A DNA stretch of 63,916 nucleotides, the filler included, from Octopus bimaculoides (Eukaryota): the NCBI RefSeq assembly GCF_001194135.2. It is 4 parts of 4 records of this genome, joined end to end, with 100 filler letters (N's around TTAATTAATTAA, not from the genome) between each part and the next. Parts side by side here need not be neighbours in the genome. Positions count along the whole stretch, not along the records: positions 1 to 25,929 come from NC_069008.1; 3 more parts are not named here. One strand, 5' to 3'. Both the position numbers and the translations under genes were made by a program. Under the pieces are notes generated by a model, which saw only the letters and a program-made list of their open reading frames with translations, was not told where the DNA came from and did no database searches. Below, piece after piece: positions 1-13,626 of this stretch; positions within the stretch are counted from its first letter, which is position 1; each line of letters starts with the position of its first letter.

Positions 1-120
1 GCGTTACTTTGGGATTTGCATGAACTTCTAACTTGTTGTCTCTTGTGGTCTCTGGGTGAGACTTGGATCCAACTTGTACAAATGCAAAACAAAAGTCAAA
101 CATAAAATAATAATAATAAT
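1..120 (+). mobile_element. Possible 3' end of a non-LTR retrotransposon ending in (AAT)n
   Basis: gtctctgggtgagacttgg..caaaagtcaaacataaaataataataataat; no clear coding motif. Confidence 0.3.
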
Positions 121-183
121 ATCTATATGAACATTCATTCGAATATTTACTCGTCGTATATATGTATGTATACATATATGCGT

Positions 184-236
<53 letters not shown>

Positions 237-409
237 TGTATGTATGTATGTATATAGTATAAAATAATATACATATAGTATTTTTTGTTTGCGCGTGCGA
301 GTATTGGTCTAGGTGTCCGTTTTTCTGTGTCTTTCAACATATAGACAGCACAACACAGACTTCAAAAGGTTATATGTGAATATATATAATATATATAGTT
401 GTATTTTTG

Positions 410-450
<41 letters not shown>

Positions 451-959
451 CGTGTATGTGTTTGTATCTGTGAACACACAGACATCGTAACACAAATTTT
501 AAAAAGAAGATTTTCACTTCGAACATTTAATGGAGGTGCGTGCATGATTAACTGATATTTTGCCGGCAGCGTAGCGACGGATGGTAGTGGGGGCTGGTGG
601 TTACTAAAGTACACATGATAATGATTATAATGAAATTTGTTATTAATATTAATAATTATTAATGAAAATTTTCTCATAATAACAATGATCATATGATGAT
701 GATAATGATGGTGAGACAGTAATAATGATAATTAAAATTACTGTAATAATATTAAAATTTTATAATGAAATGTAACAGTAAATTATAATTGAAATTAACT
801 TAACTAATATTCATAATACCGTTCATACTAATAGAATTTATTTTCATAATAATAATAACAATAATCTTATGAAAAACATTAATAATAAAAATAACATTAA
901 TTTTAAATAATAGAAATAATATTTACTCTTATGACAAATAGATTAATCTTAGAATCGTG

Positions 960-1300
960 ATACTCCGTCGGTTACGATGACGAGGGTTCCAGTTGATCCA
1001 ATCAACGGAACAGCCTCCTCGTGAAATTAACGTACAATTGACTGAGCACTCCACAGACACGTGTACTCTTAACGTAGTTCTCGGGGACAAGACTGGCCCT
1101 TTGAAATACAGGTACAACAGAAACAGGAAGAAAGAGTGAGAGAAAGTTGTGGTGAAAGAGTACAGCAGGGTTCGCCACCATCCCCTGCAAGAGCCTCGTG
1201 GAGCTTTAGGTGTTTTCGCTCAATAAACACTCACAACGCTCAATAAACACTCCTATAACCGCGAGTCCGCTGCCCAAACCACTGGGCCATTGCGCCTCTG
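960..1300 (-). mobile_element. SINE family C copy (others: 34567-34869 -, 54045-54335 -, 43415-43695 +, 23430-23690 +, 22880-22990 +)
   Basis: Shared gtgtctgtggagtgctcagccacttgcacgttaatttcacgag..gttccgttgatcggatcaactggaaccctc body. Confidence 0.85.
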
Positions 1301-1364
1301 CAATCATAGAATAGAATACGTTGAACTCGGTGAATCTAAGTAGGTTAGTAGAAGTGTATGCAGG

Positions 1365-1592
1365 GCGCCGAGCTGGCAGAATCGTTAGCACGCCGAGCGA
1401 AATGCTTAGCGGTATTTCGTCTACCGTTACGTTCTGAGTTCAAATTCCGCCGAGGTCGACTTACCCCTTCATCCTTTCGGGGTCGATTAAATAAGTACCA
1501 GTTACGCACTGGAGTCAAAGTAATCGACTTAATCTCTTTGCCTGTCTTTGTTTGTTCCCTCTATGTTTAGCTCCCTGTGAGCCATAAATAAA
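1365..1592 (+). mobile_element. tRNA-derived SINE family B (others: 3825-3990 -, 8225-8420 -, 8951-9165 -, 30965-31148 -, 33775-33970 -, 47045-47230 -, 58790-59003 +)
   Basis: ggcgccgagctggcagaatcgttagcacgcc..gttctgagttcaaattccgccgaggtcgac..catcctttcggggtcgat..aagtaccag body. Confidence 0.85.
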
Positions 1593-4142
1593 TATGTTAG
1601 ATGTTACTAGTTGGTGTAGTAAGAGAGATGTAAATGTAAGTTTTATAGTTTTTATGACTGCAAGGAATCTGTTCAGTGATTCTGTTTAAAGAATGCCTTT
1701 GGAGAATAAAATTTTAAGGTTTTTGGTATTTACAAGTTGCACGGTTTTCAGTTTCCAGTGTAAGACTTAGCCCTACTGGGAATAATTCAAGGGATACTGT
1801 AAGAATTGTACGAGTTTTTTTGGGTCGTACACTCGTTAGGTACCTCCACCAATCCCTATTAGTTATAATTTTGACAATTATATCTCAATTATATCTTTGT
1901 TAGTGTGTATGCACACTTGTTTGTTTACGTGACCGCGCGTTTATATCTGTGTGTAAGCGTGTATGTATGTGCACACACACACACTCACATAACTATATGA
2001 GAATCTGTAATCATATGCCCACACTTGTCTATGCATTTGTGCACGTGCGCTTTGTATTTTTGGCGTGTTTTGTAACTGGGTTTATGTGTGAGTGTACATG
2101 CTTTTGTATGTATTTCTGTTTGTCTGTCTGTATGTATACTGGTGTGTATGTAGGCTTTGGTGGGTATCTACACTTACTTTTACATTTTTATACACGTGGA
2201 CATGTGTATTTATATCGATATTTTTACGTGTGTATTTACCTTTAAATGTAAGCATCTGTCTGCGAGTATATATGCTTGTATATAATACACACATATACAC
2301 ACACACTCCCTCCGTCTCTCTCCCTCTCTGACATAAACACACACACACCATACACCACAGATACACGCCACACATACACACACACATTCCGTGTGCATGT
2401 TTATCTCCAAAGCCGATTTAGATATAAACAACACTTTTGACCGGGGCTAGCTTATTCGGGGTGCATTTATATAAATATAATTTATTATTAGATGTTTCTG
2501 TGTTATTCNNNNNNNNNNNNNNNNNNNNNNNNNNNNNNNNNNNNNNNNNNNNNNNNNNNNNNNNNNNNNNNNNNNNNNNNNNNNNNNNNNNNNNNNNNNN
2601 NNNNNNNNNNNNNNNNNNNNNNNNNNNNNNNNNNNNNNNNNNNNNNNNNNNNNNNNNNNNNNNNNNNNNNNNNNNNNNNNNNNNNNNNNNNNNNNNNNNN
2701 NNNNNNNNNNNNNNNNNNNNNNNNNNNNNNNNNNNNNNNNNNNNNNNNNNNNNNNNNNNNNNNNNNNNNNNNNNNNNNNNNNNNNNNNNNNNNNNNNNNN
2801 NNNNNNNNNNNNNNNNNNNNNNNNNNNNNNNNNNNNNNNNNNNNNNNNNNNNNNNNNNNNNNNNNNNNNNNNNNNNNNNNNNNNNNNNNNNNNNNNNNNN
2901 NNNNNNNNNNNNNNNNNNNNNNNNNNNNNNNNNNNNNNNNNNNNNNNNNNNNNNNNNNNNNNNNNNNNNNNNNNNNNNNNNNNNNNNNNNNNNNNNNNNN
3001 NNNNNNNNNNNNNNNNNNNNNNNNNNNNNNNNNNNNNNNNNNNNNNNNNNNNNNNNNNNNNNNNNNNNNNNNNNNNNNNNNNNNNNNNNNNNNNNNNNNN
3101 NNNNNNNNNNNNNNNNNNNNNNNNNNNNNNNNNGGTATGTGTTTGGGAGGAGGCGGAATCTGCCCTATTTTTCAAATCCTGGTTGCAACACTGAAGCTGG
3201 AAGCAAGATAATAATCTAATTCTACACTTTATCACATTCAAGAATATGAACACGTTTCTAAGCACAACACACGCGATGTCAAAAGCATCCAAGCACGAGA
3301 ATCAACAAGAGCATACCCTTTCCTGAGAGGATCGTACTTAGGAGGCAAATGAAAGGAAGAGAATGAAATATGCTGAGTTAAAGGGGATTATGATGAAACA
3401 ATGGGTGGCAAGAAAGGTGTGATTATACTGAAAGGGTTTTGCTGGCTAAACTCTTTGCAGAGTTTATCAACTGCTGAACATCAAAGGTGAAAGTTCATCA
3501 ATTTGATTTAGTTAAAGTGAGTGTGGATCAGAAGGTGTAATCGAGGGCAGTGTTAACTGGATACAAGCTGCGGCTTACTCAGTCCTGGCTGGAAAGCCTG
3601 GGTGACGGTGTTTGATTTCCGTGAAGCAGAGACGAAACATCTACAAACCACAGGAAATATCGTTTTAGGAAGAATGGAAAATTTCAATGAAAACCTACAT
3701 CAGTCAGACAAAGAAGTTTCTTGAACAGTAAATTCAAAGGAAAGGGTCCCAGACCTTTTGGAGGCAGAAGTTAGAAATGCTATAAAGGACATGATAAACA
3801 ATAAAACTGCAGGTCTCTAGACATAATCCTTTCTAAAGGCACAAGGCCTGAAATTTGGTGGGAGGGGACTAGTCGATTAAATCGACCCCAGTGTTTCACT
3901 GGTACTTAATTTATCGGTCCCCGAAAGAATGAAAGGCAAAGTCAATTTCGGCAGAATTTGAACTCAGAACGTAGCGACAGACGAAATACCATTGGACTAA
4001 GCTCAGAGAAGGAAGTAGCTAAACTATATACAAAATGTCTATATAAACATAAGATACCGGATATGTGGAAAAATTCCGAACTGATCCTTCTTTATAAAAA
4101 GAAGGACACCAAAAGTTTTAAGAACTACTAATTTATTATGAC

Positions 4143-6558
4143 TAGGGCAATTTTTTTAACCTTAAAAATTGCTTGATTTTAACCTTTTAACCTTATTTTC
4201 ATACTCTTTAACTTTATAGACAGATTTTAACCTAATTTTAAGCTTATTATTGTTAATAAGTCCTTAAACATTAACGAGTTCACACTTGTTTTGATTACTT
4301 TATGATGTACGAGGTTTATCAAAACAATTTTAAAAAATAACTATTGAGGAAATTTATTGTAGACAGAAAAAGTTCCTGTCTTTTGCAAGGATTTTTTCGG
4401 TATCAAAGAATTGTTCTCCAGCAGCTGATGTCACTTGGTATTGTCTCAGATCTGCGTATTTCGCGGGTGAAACTTTTGGGTTTTTATTGAATCTAAAATC
4501 AATGTAATTCCTGATGCAACTTAGGTCTTCGCTGAATTTCAACTCTTTGAGTATTCTGTCAGCATCACAGGTAGTGAATACTGTTGACTCAGCTTTCATA
4601 ATCAGCTCTTTCAACTGCAGATAGTTGTAAAAGACTTGAGTGTGGTTAGTCCTGATCTCGGGATTTAGCACAACGTCTTTCGCATTTTGCACTAAAATGC
4701 CTTCGTCTTCAAAGCTCTCTAAAATTTTTGTAACTTCTGTAAGGTTCTTAGCATAGTAATTTCAGGCATCCAATCAGCTACCCCACCTGGTCATGGTTGA
4801 GTGGGGTATCCAATTGTTTTGAATTGCTTTCGATGGTGTTTATTTTTTACAGTAACAGCCTTGACGGCGGCAATCAGACAATCGACAGCAGGATAGAAAG
4901 CCATTATTTTTTTAAACACAGTTGTGCAGCAGCTGAGAGAAGCAGGTTATGGAAGAGCTTAAAGTACATAACTTGCAAGGATTCTTCAGCACCTACCATA
5001 TACTGAGCAGCATCAGTCAATAATAGCGGGGGGGGGGGGAAATTCTTTGGAATCACCACACTTTTTAACGAATAATCAATGATCTGATCAATGAACTGCG
5101 GTAGTTAGAATTGGTTCGAATAGCAAATATTCAATTAAGAACATTAGAGGAAGGTGTGTGTGTATGGTGGGAGGGGGGGGGAGATTTTAAATTCAATCAA
5201 TAAGTACATAAACATTTTTTTTTGTTATTGATCTCGTTCATCATTGAATAAAAAAAAATTATCATCCAGGTAGCTTTTACAATTTTCAACCGTGTTCGCA
5301 CTTAGCATATCAATATATTTTCGCCACGTAGTTTGAAATAGTTTATTGCTAGAATCAGTGAGACAAAGAGCTTGTGCAAAGGAATGTCGCCGTCAAGAAA
5401 CGCTTTGATCATCATTGCAGACCAAAATTTAACGTTTTCGGTAAATTAAAACGATCTGATAGGTGGTTGTTCAATTTTAATAGTCTTTTAAAGTTTTTTT
5501 TCTTTTTTTTTGCTCATTTTGTGCGACTCAACAATATACCTTTTATTGCATTTGACATCAACAAGTCATAGTTTGCTATTGTGAATCAATACAATTTCTG
5601 TTAAGAATTTTTCTGTAAATTCAGGGGTTTTGCCTTCTCACTTGCTTTGACTTTGGCATCTTAATTATGAATAAGAAATTGATAATAGTCAAAACTGAAA
5701 TTACTTGAAACAGGAAATAAGGCAATGACAGATGAATTCCAGAATCAATTTCAAAAAGATCCTGCAACGCAACAGCGAAAGAAAATTATTCAGTTCATTT
5801 AACCTCATACAAAAACTTTACATAATCGTTGACAACAAATTTAATCGAAAGATGAAAACATACTAATTGAAATATTATTGAGAAACAGCTAGCATACTGT
5901 ACATTTACGTATAGTGAAGAGAATAGCAAGTACTTACTTTCGATGGTAAATTTTAAATTCCCAAATAGCAGGTGCAAAGAATTAAAACTGTAAGTATATA
6001 TACTTACAAAAGGATCGTAATAAACAATTGTATTCTCAAAGAGGCCTGTCTCATGAATCGAAAAAAAAAAAAAACAAGATGCAAATAATATTAGCAGTTG
6101 GCGTTGATCACCAATAATTAATATTGGTAAAAGTACCTTGAAGTAGGAAATTTGTCTTACAGAAAAAAATATTCAGACATGCAAAAAATGTTCAAATGTC
6201 AGGACGCACATAGTGCCCAATAATTTCCACATCGAAGGATAGGATAGACCATAGGTAGAGTTTAAAATAGTTCCTAAGAGGTAGTCTAATACAACAGCTC
6301 TACTAAAAACTAGAAGAAATATATATCAAATTTAAGTTTAATCAATACATAAAAGTATATATTAATGAATTTATTCTTTTTAGTATTTAATAAAAAAATA
6401 TTTTTAGTGAAATTTCACTTTTTAACCTTATTTTAACTTTATTGCATGAGTTTAACTGAACTTTAAAAAGTGATTAATTACGATGATTACCCGTAAAAAA
6501 GTTTTTCATCTTTGATTTTAACCTTGCAATTAACGTTTTGGCAAAAAAAATTGCCTTA
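4143..6558 (-). mobile_element. hAT DNA transposon with decayed transposase (CGGBP/hAT19-like by eye)
   Basis: 15-bp TIR TA(G/A)GGCAATTTTTTT; 8-bp TSD ATTATGAC/ATTATCAC. Minus-strand remnants MPKSK.., AFLDGDIPLHKL, LLLTDAAQYMVGA, YQVTSAAGEQFF. Subterminal TTTTAACCTT repeats at both ends. Confidence 0.85.
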
Positions 6559-7228
6559 ATTATCACATACCTACAAAATTTTAAAATTCGTATCAAAAAG
6601 AACTGTGTGAAAGCTGGCTGAGGACACAACAGCAGGACAGGCGGCCTCCAAGAAAAGCTACAGCGCAACGGACCACATATATGACACAAACCAACTGAAG
6701 AAAATATGCTAAACTTACAACATATTATGCTAAATATTTGTAGATTTTGAAAAAAAGCTTTTGATTCCGTGGAATCTAAGAGCATGAGAGGGAAAAGGAT
6801 TCGAAGAAGACTACGGGAAGTTATAAGAGAATGTGAACACTAACTTTAGAACTACAAAAACTATAAACAACAAAGCAATTGATATCAAAATTGGTAAAGG
6901 AACCAGACAAGGAGACACGGTGTCACCCAAATTATTCTCGTCTGTATAAGAAAAAGATTTTTAAAACTTGTTATGGTCAGATGAAGGATAAATATAAACG
7001 GATGCATACTAATCATCTCAAATTCGCTGAAAATATTGAACTCACTTTCAGGAGCAGTAAAGAATCAACAGAAATACTCAGAAAACTAAAAGAAGACAGC
7101 AAAAGATGTGAACTTAGAATTAACATTTGTAAAACGAAGATAGTCTCCAAACATCTTATCACAGCTGGGAGTGTAGTAAAAGATGATAAAATAGTTGAAC
7201 ATTTAAACTATTACACCTATTGTGGACA

Positions 7229-7512
7229 AATAATCTGCTTAAAGGATAAAAATCAGACCGAAGTAATTGAACGACGAATACAGTTAGGATGGGCATCCTT
7301 TGGTAAACTGAATCACATCTTCTACCAATAATCTGCTTAAAGGATAAAAATCAGACCGAAATAATTGAACGACGAATACAGTTANNNNNNNNNNACTGAA
7401 TCACATCTTCTACCAATAATCTGCTTAAAGGATAAAAATCAGACCGAAATAATTGAACGACGAATACAGTTAGGATGGGCATCCTTTGGTAAACTGAATC
7501 ACATCTTCTACC
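7229..7512 (+). repeat. 98-bp unit in three tandem copies inside the RTE LINE (middle copy spans a 10-N gap)
   Basis: aataatctgcttaaaggataaaaatcagaccgaa..cacatcttctacc starts at 7229, 7327 and 7415. Confidence 0.9.
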
Positions 7513-7996
7513 AATGTGTTCTGCCTACCGTTACGTATACACCAGAAACATGGACTACCAACAAGATCACTGAAAATAAATTAAGATCAGCACAAAGAGC
7601 CATGGAAAGGAAAATGCAGAAGACCAGCAAAACAGATAAGTGAGGGAACAACAAGATAAGAGTGGTAACAGGCTTAATGGGTATTGCCTGATAAATAAAA
7701 ATCCTGTAATGGTCTTTCGCGGGACATGTGTTTATAAGAAAGGATAATAGATGGAATAGCAAATTGACAGAGTGGACACTACGTCCAGCGAAAAGAAGCA
7801 GCGGAAGACTATGCAGAAGCTGGAACGAAGACTTTGTTAAATTCTTCGTCATCGAAAGATGGATGAGGAAAATATCAGACAGTGGTTAGTGGAGAGAAAA
7901 TGCTGAGACCTGCGTCTAGCAGTGGACTGAACATGTGAAGGCATTATGTATGTATGTACACTGTGCTGTTATAAATAATATTATTATTAATACTAA

Positions 7997-8160
<164 letters not shown>

Positions 8161-9177
8161 GGCGAGAAATAGAATAAAATTTGAAGAAAGAAGAAAAAAA
8201 ACAACATAATAATAATAATAATATTTTCTACTATAGGCACAAGGCCTGAAATTTCGTGGGAAGGAACCAGTCGATTACATCGACCCCAGTGATCAACTGG
8301 TGCTTATTTAATCGACTTCGAAAGGATAAAAGACAAAATCGACCATCTCGGCGGAATTTGAACTCACAGACGGGCGAAATGCCGCTAAGTATTTTGACGG
8401 CGTGTTAACGATTCTTCAAACTTGCTTTCTTAATTATAATAATAATCCTTTTTACTAAAGGAACAAAGCTTCAAATTTGGGAGGAAGGGACTAGTNNNNN
8501 NNNNNNNNNNNNNNNNNNNNNNNNNNNNNNNNNNNNNNNNNNNNNNNNNNNNNNNNNNNNNNNNNNNNNNNNNNNNNNNNNNNNNNNNNNNNNNNNNNNN
8601 NNNNNNNNNNNNNNNNNNNNNNNNNNNNNNNNNNNNNNNNNNNNNNNNNNNNNNNNNNNNNNNNNNNNNNNNNNNNNNNNNNNNNNNNNNNNNNNNNNNN
8701 NNNNNNNNNNNNNNNNNNNNNNNNNNNNNNNNNNNNNNNNNNNNNNNNNNNNNNNNNNNNNNNNNNNNNNNNNNNNNNNNNNNNNNNNNNNNNNNNNNNN
8801 NNNNNNNNNNNNNNNNNNNNNNNNNNNNNNNNNNNNNNNNNNNNNNNNNNNNNNNNNNNNNNNNNNNNNNNNNNNNNNNNNNNNNNNNNNNNNNNNNNNN
8901 NNNNNNNNNNNNNNNNNNNNNNNNNNNNNNNNNNNNNNNNNNNNNNNNNCAGACGAAATACCGCCAAGCATTTCGCCCGGCGTGCTAACGTTTCTTATTT
9001 CTTTATTGCCCACGAGGGGCTAAACATAGAGGGGACAAACAAGGACAGGCAAAGGGATTAAGTCGATTACATCGACCCCAGTGCGTAACTGGTACTTAAT
9101 TTATCGACCCCGAAAGGATGAAAGGCAAAGTCGACATCAGCGGAATTTGAATTCACAACGAAAGGACGGACCAAACG

Positions 9178-9227
<50 letters not shown>

Positions 9228-9689
9228 TTACGTGTGTTAGTCATTCGACTGTACCCCTACTGGGGAACTTCTGAGAGGCTCTAGCCAAATAAATCAACCG
9301 CAGTATAAAATTTTTAAAGCCTGGCACTTATTTTAGCAATCTCTATCGTCGAACTGCTATGTTATGGAGACGTAAACAAGTGAACACCGTTTGCTATGTA
9401 GTGTGTGCATACATGCAAACATATAGTGTACTATATATATATATATGTGTATATATAATCATGTAGGTGTATAATACATATGTATATTTGTATATATATA
9501 TATATATACTCTTTACTCTTTTACTTGTTTCAGTCATTNNNNNNNNNNNNNNNNNNNNNNNNNNNNNNNNNNNNNNNNNNNNNNNNNNNNNNNNNNNNNN
9601 NNNNNNNNNNNNNNNNNNNNNNNNNNNNNNNNNNNNNNGTGATAGTGGATTTTCATCGATGAGTTCATGAACCTTGGTTCTTTTCCCTC

Positions 9690-10238
9690 TGAGCGAAATG
9701 TAAACAGTAGCACTACGGAATCGTAACAGATAATTGCCAACCAAGTGTAGCATCCTATACGGGACAGTGCTACTGACGTGTATAGCTTCAGCTGGCTAAC
9801 GACACACATTCTGTGTCTGATAAGTATTTGCGAGGGGAGGTCATCGCTCCCATTCCTAGCCTTACGTGATACACACGGACTCTACCCGCAAAATACCATA
9901 TGCTGTTCCCAGCGACAAACCGTCGCTGATCTCGAAGAAGGAGAAATAAGCTATATCAAATCTCTGAGCAAGATGTAACAATAGTAATACGGAATCGTAA
10001 CATATAATTTCCAACCAAGTGTGACGTCCTATACGGGACAGTGCTACTGACGTTTATAGCCCCAGGAAAACATCTCTTCCAACTGACTAACGACACATAT
10101 TCTGTGTCTGATTAATATTTGCGAGGGGAGGTCATCGCTTCCATCCCTAACCATACGTGATACACACGGACTCGAGTTTCTGGCTGGTTACCCGTCCTCA
10201 GCGTGTGTAGCACTGTCCCGAATAGGACGCCACACTTA
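9690..10238. mobile_element. Non-autonomous inverted-repeat element family, two partial tandem copies; third copy at 23127-23292
   Basis: Shared gatgtaaacagtagcaatacggaatcgtaac..cctatacgggacagtgctactg. A 31-bp inverted repeat links about 10017 and 10208-10238. Confidence 0.6.
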
Positions 10239-10432
10239 TATATATATATATATATATATGAGTGAAGGTAAGATACAAGGAGTCCGTAGAATGTATAAAA
10301 AACAACTTTCAGGAACAATAGTGGTTTATTGACAAATTTGTAAATTTTTCCCGTATCGAATTTCAATAAATTGAAAAAATTGTCTTATAGCTTACGGTTA
10401 GCAGCAGAGGTTGTTATATAATCGAATAGAAA

Positions 10433-10691
10433 TCCAAAATTAGGGAATAGAGTAGATAAAGTCCAGGCTACATATGTTTCATAGCTAGCAGAACCTCGGA
10501 TGTACTAATTATTCAAACGAGGGGTAATACACTTACCTTTGACAACAATGTTAACTTACTTTGATTAAGGTATCTTTGGCTCGATGAGTAGCTAGCCGAC
10601 TACTCCTCGTTTGGATAGTCACTACTTCTGAGGTTCTGCTAGTTATGAGACGTATGTAGCCTGGACTTTATCTTCTCCATTCCCTATTTTT

Positions 10692-10694
<3 letters not shown>
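10433..10694. mobile_element. MITE with about 90-bp terminal inverted repeats
   Basis: tccaaaattagggaatagagtagataaagtccaggctacata...agcagaacctc pairs with gaggttctgct...tatgtagcctggactttatc...ccctatttttgga. Confidence 0.8.
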
Positions 10695-10755
<61 letters not shown>

Positions 10756-10907
10756 ATATCTATATTTCTATGGGCACCCTATTCCAAACGTCTGCCAAAG
10801 CATTCTAATGGGAGAACTGCCCAGCAATGACGGGATACTCAGGTAGTGTACACGTGTGTGCGTGCGAGCGCGTATGTGAGTGCGTTTGTCTGTGTATGTA
10901 TGTATGC

Positions 10908-10982
<75 letters not shown>

Positions 10983-11936
10983 GAGTAAAAAGGATTAATA
11001 AATCCAGGCAGATATAAAGCGCACAGTGTTAAATGAAATTCGTTAACTATATCCAACAATCATATACCAAGAAATGCAAGTGGAATAACCATCCAAGGTA
11101 AATTCTTCATGTATGACAAGAAAATCCAAATATCGCTTAGAAGGATTTCAGGAAATTCGGAGTATAAGACAAGAGTAAGAATGGAGAAAAACACACCATT
11201 AATTGGTGATTACATCATAGATTACCAACGACCATTTCTATATATAATACAACATTTTATTGTCTTTGCACAAAGAAAAATAAGAATAATGTTCTGATTT
11301 GCTTTATGGCTGATTGGTCATTCGTCAATCAAAAATTTACTGTCATCCTTCTTTCGACGATAAGAAATTGATTGCAATGGCTGCTTAAATCAGATAATAG
11401 AATCTAGCTTGAATGCTTTGACTAATTTGCATTTGTGTATCAGTCGCTGGAATGATCGAATTATATTTTATGCACAAAATATTTATTAAGTATATAAAAA
11501 TAAAGATTACCTGTAGGTGAGTTCTAATTTACTTTATAATTTAATGTGACTTTCAATAGAATTCATAAGCTTATTTAAATAACGAGCAAGTAAAATACAA
11601 AAGTAATCTCGTAAAATAGTGTATAACCTATTGTTTGTTACTCAAATGGTAATTTTGCATGTAAGATACAAACATTGTAATTGAAGCAGGTCAAGAATTG
11701 TTGGGGCGTGACAGAGTTCATTTTGTTCGTTCCTACTAAGGTCACAGTCAGAGCCTATAGGCGTACAACCAATTTGGGAACAGTAATGTGTGAACCGACA
11801 TAATAGAAATAACAGCAATCTCTCTCTCTCTCTCTTCCCCTCTGTCTCAGTCTGTCTGTCTGTCTCTTTCTCTCTCTCTCTGTCTCTCTCTCTGTCTCTC
11901 TCTCTCTCTTCCCCTCTGTCTCAGTCTGTCTGTCTG

Positions 11937-12000
<64 letters not shown>

Positions 12001-12029
12001 TCCTACTGTCATATATTTGTAATTTTATC

Positions 12030-12430
12030 TTTTATCTTTCATTTGTTTCAGTCATTAAACTGCGGCCATGCTGGGGCAGGGCACTGATTTGAAGAACTAA
12101 ACAGTCGAAAGAATTGACCCCCAACACTTTTTATCTAAACCTAGTTCTTACTCTATCAGCCTCTTTTGCTGAACCACTATGTTACTGGGATGTAAACAAC
12201 ACAGTTTTTCCAGCAGTGCGGATAGACATACATACATACAGACAGACAGACACACACACACACACACTCACGACGTGCTTCTTTCAGTTTCCGTCTACCA
12301 AATCCACTCACAAGGCTTTGGTTGGCTCGAGGTTATAGCAGAAGACACTTGTGTAAAGTGCCATGTTGTGGGATCGAACCCGGAACCATGTGGTTGGGAA
12401 GCAAGCTTCTTACTACACATCTGCGCCTAT
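12030..12430 (-). mobile_element. SINE family A copy (others: 14845-15258 -, 18444-18614 -, 18825-18985 +, 28075-28230 -, 32020-32280 +, 32830-33095 -, 37135-37535 -, 44450-44690 -, 44740-44900 +, 61045-61617 -)
   Basis: Repeated ttcagtttccgtctaccaaatccactcacaaggctttggtcggcccgaggctatag..gacacttgcccaaggtgcc body. Confidence 0.85.
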
Positions 12431-13430
12431 GTATCAAACAACAAGACATCTAAAGTAAATGGATTCCAATGGGTTTCGACGTCACGTATTCAGTCATTCG
12501 ATCAACTGAACTTCCAACTCATTGAACTAGGGTGTAAGTGGCTGAGTATACCAAAGACAGGGAACTCTTACCTCCTTGAATCAATATGCACAGCGTGTAA
12601 CAAAGCTAATTTTTTGAACTACAGTTACAATCCATCTGACGAGCTTCTCCATTTCCACAATTTCACTCACAAAGCTTGGGGCAACACAAGAATGTAGTAA
12701 AAGACACAGGCCAACATGATAGGCTGTGGAATCGAACCCGGAATTTCGTGATTGAAGAGCGAAATTCTTAGTCATTCAGCCAAGCTGCGTCCAAAGAGAG
12801 TTCTATATGTACAAGAATTAGCAGTCAGCCCTGAAATCAGACACTACTCTTCCGTGCATGTACAAATCTGTGGACCAACGATCGAGTCTCTATATAGTTG
12901 CTAGACATGCTAGAAATAGCAGCTAAATAAATCATAAATCATGATTGTACAAGTAAAAAAAGAGAAGGCATATTCAAAATACATTATTCTTCATATATGT
13001 ATATATATATATATNNNNNNNNNNNNNNNNNNNNNNNNNNNNNNNNNNNNNNNNNNNNNNNNNNNNNNNNNNNNNNNNNNNNNNNNNNNNNNNNNNNNNN
13101 NNNNNNNNNNNNNNNNNNNNNNNNNNNNNNNNNNNNNNNNNNNNNNNNNNNNNNNNNNNNNNNNNNNNNNNNNNNNNNNNNNNNNNNNNNNNNNNNNNNN
13201 NNNNNNNNNNNNNNNNNNNNNNNNNNNNNNNNNNNNNNNNNNNNNNNNNNNNNNNNNNNNNNNNNNNNNNNNNNNNNNNNNNNNNNNNNNNNNNNNNNNN
13301 NNNNNNNNNNNNNNNNNNNNNNNNNNNNNNNNNNNNNNNNNNNNNNNNNNNNNNNNNNNNNNNNNNNNNNNNNNNNNNNNNNNNNNNNNNNNNNNNCTCT
13401 CTGTCTCCTCCTCTGTCTCTTTTAGTCTGC

Positions 13431-13469
<39 letters not shown>

Positions 13470-13585
13470 TCTTTCTGTTTGTCCTTTTCTCCATTATTTA
13501 TTTTGTAGTACAACCTCCGCATCTTCTGTTTCTTCTTTCATCCTTCTCTCCCCCTTCACCCTCCCTCTCTCATAAATTTTTCGTC

Positions 13586-13626
<41 letters not shown>

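Larger units (their letters stand above)
3640..7935 (+). mobile_element. Degenerate RTE-clade LINE (RT and 3' end), interrupted by a SINE (about 3825-3990) and a hAT element (4143-6558)
   Basis: VPDLLEAEVRNAIKDMINNKTAG; IPDMWKNSELILLYKK; LLSHTYK; VDF..AFDSVE; KGTRQGDTVSPKLFS; HLKFAENI; RIQLGWASFGKL; QCVLPTVTY..ETW; (AAT)n tract follows. Confidence 0.88.

Noticed and set aside
1365-1450. tRNA-like heads with A and B boxes
   Set aside because: They continue into SINE bodies and are multicopy and diverged; no complete cloverleaf, so no tRNA genes were called.
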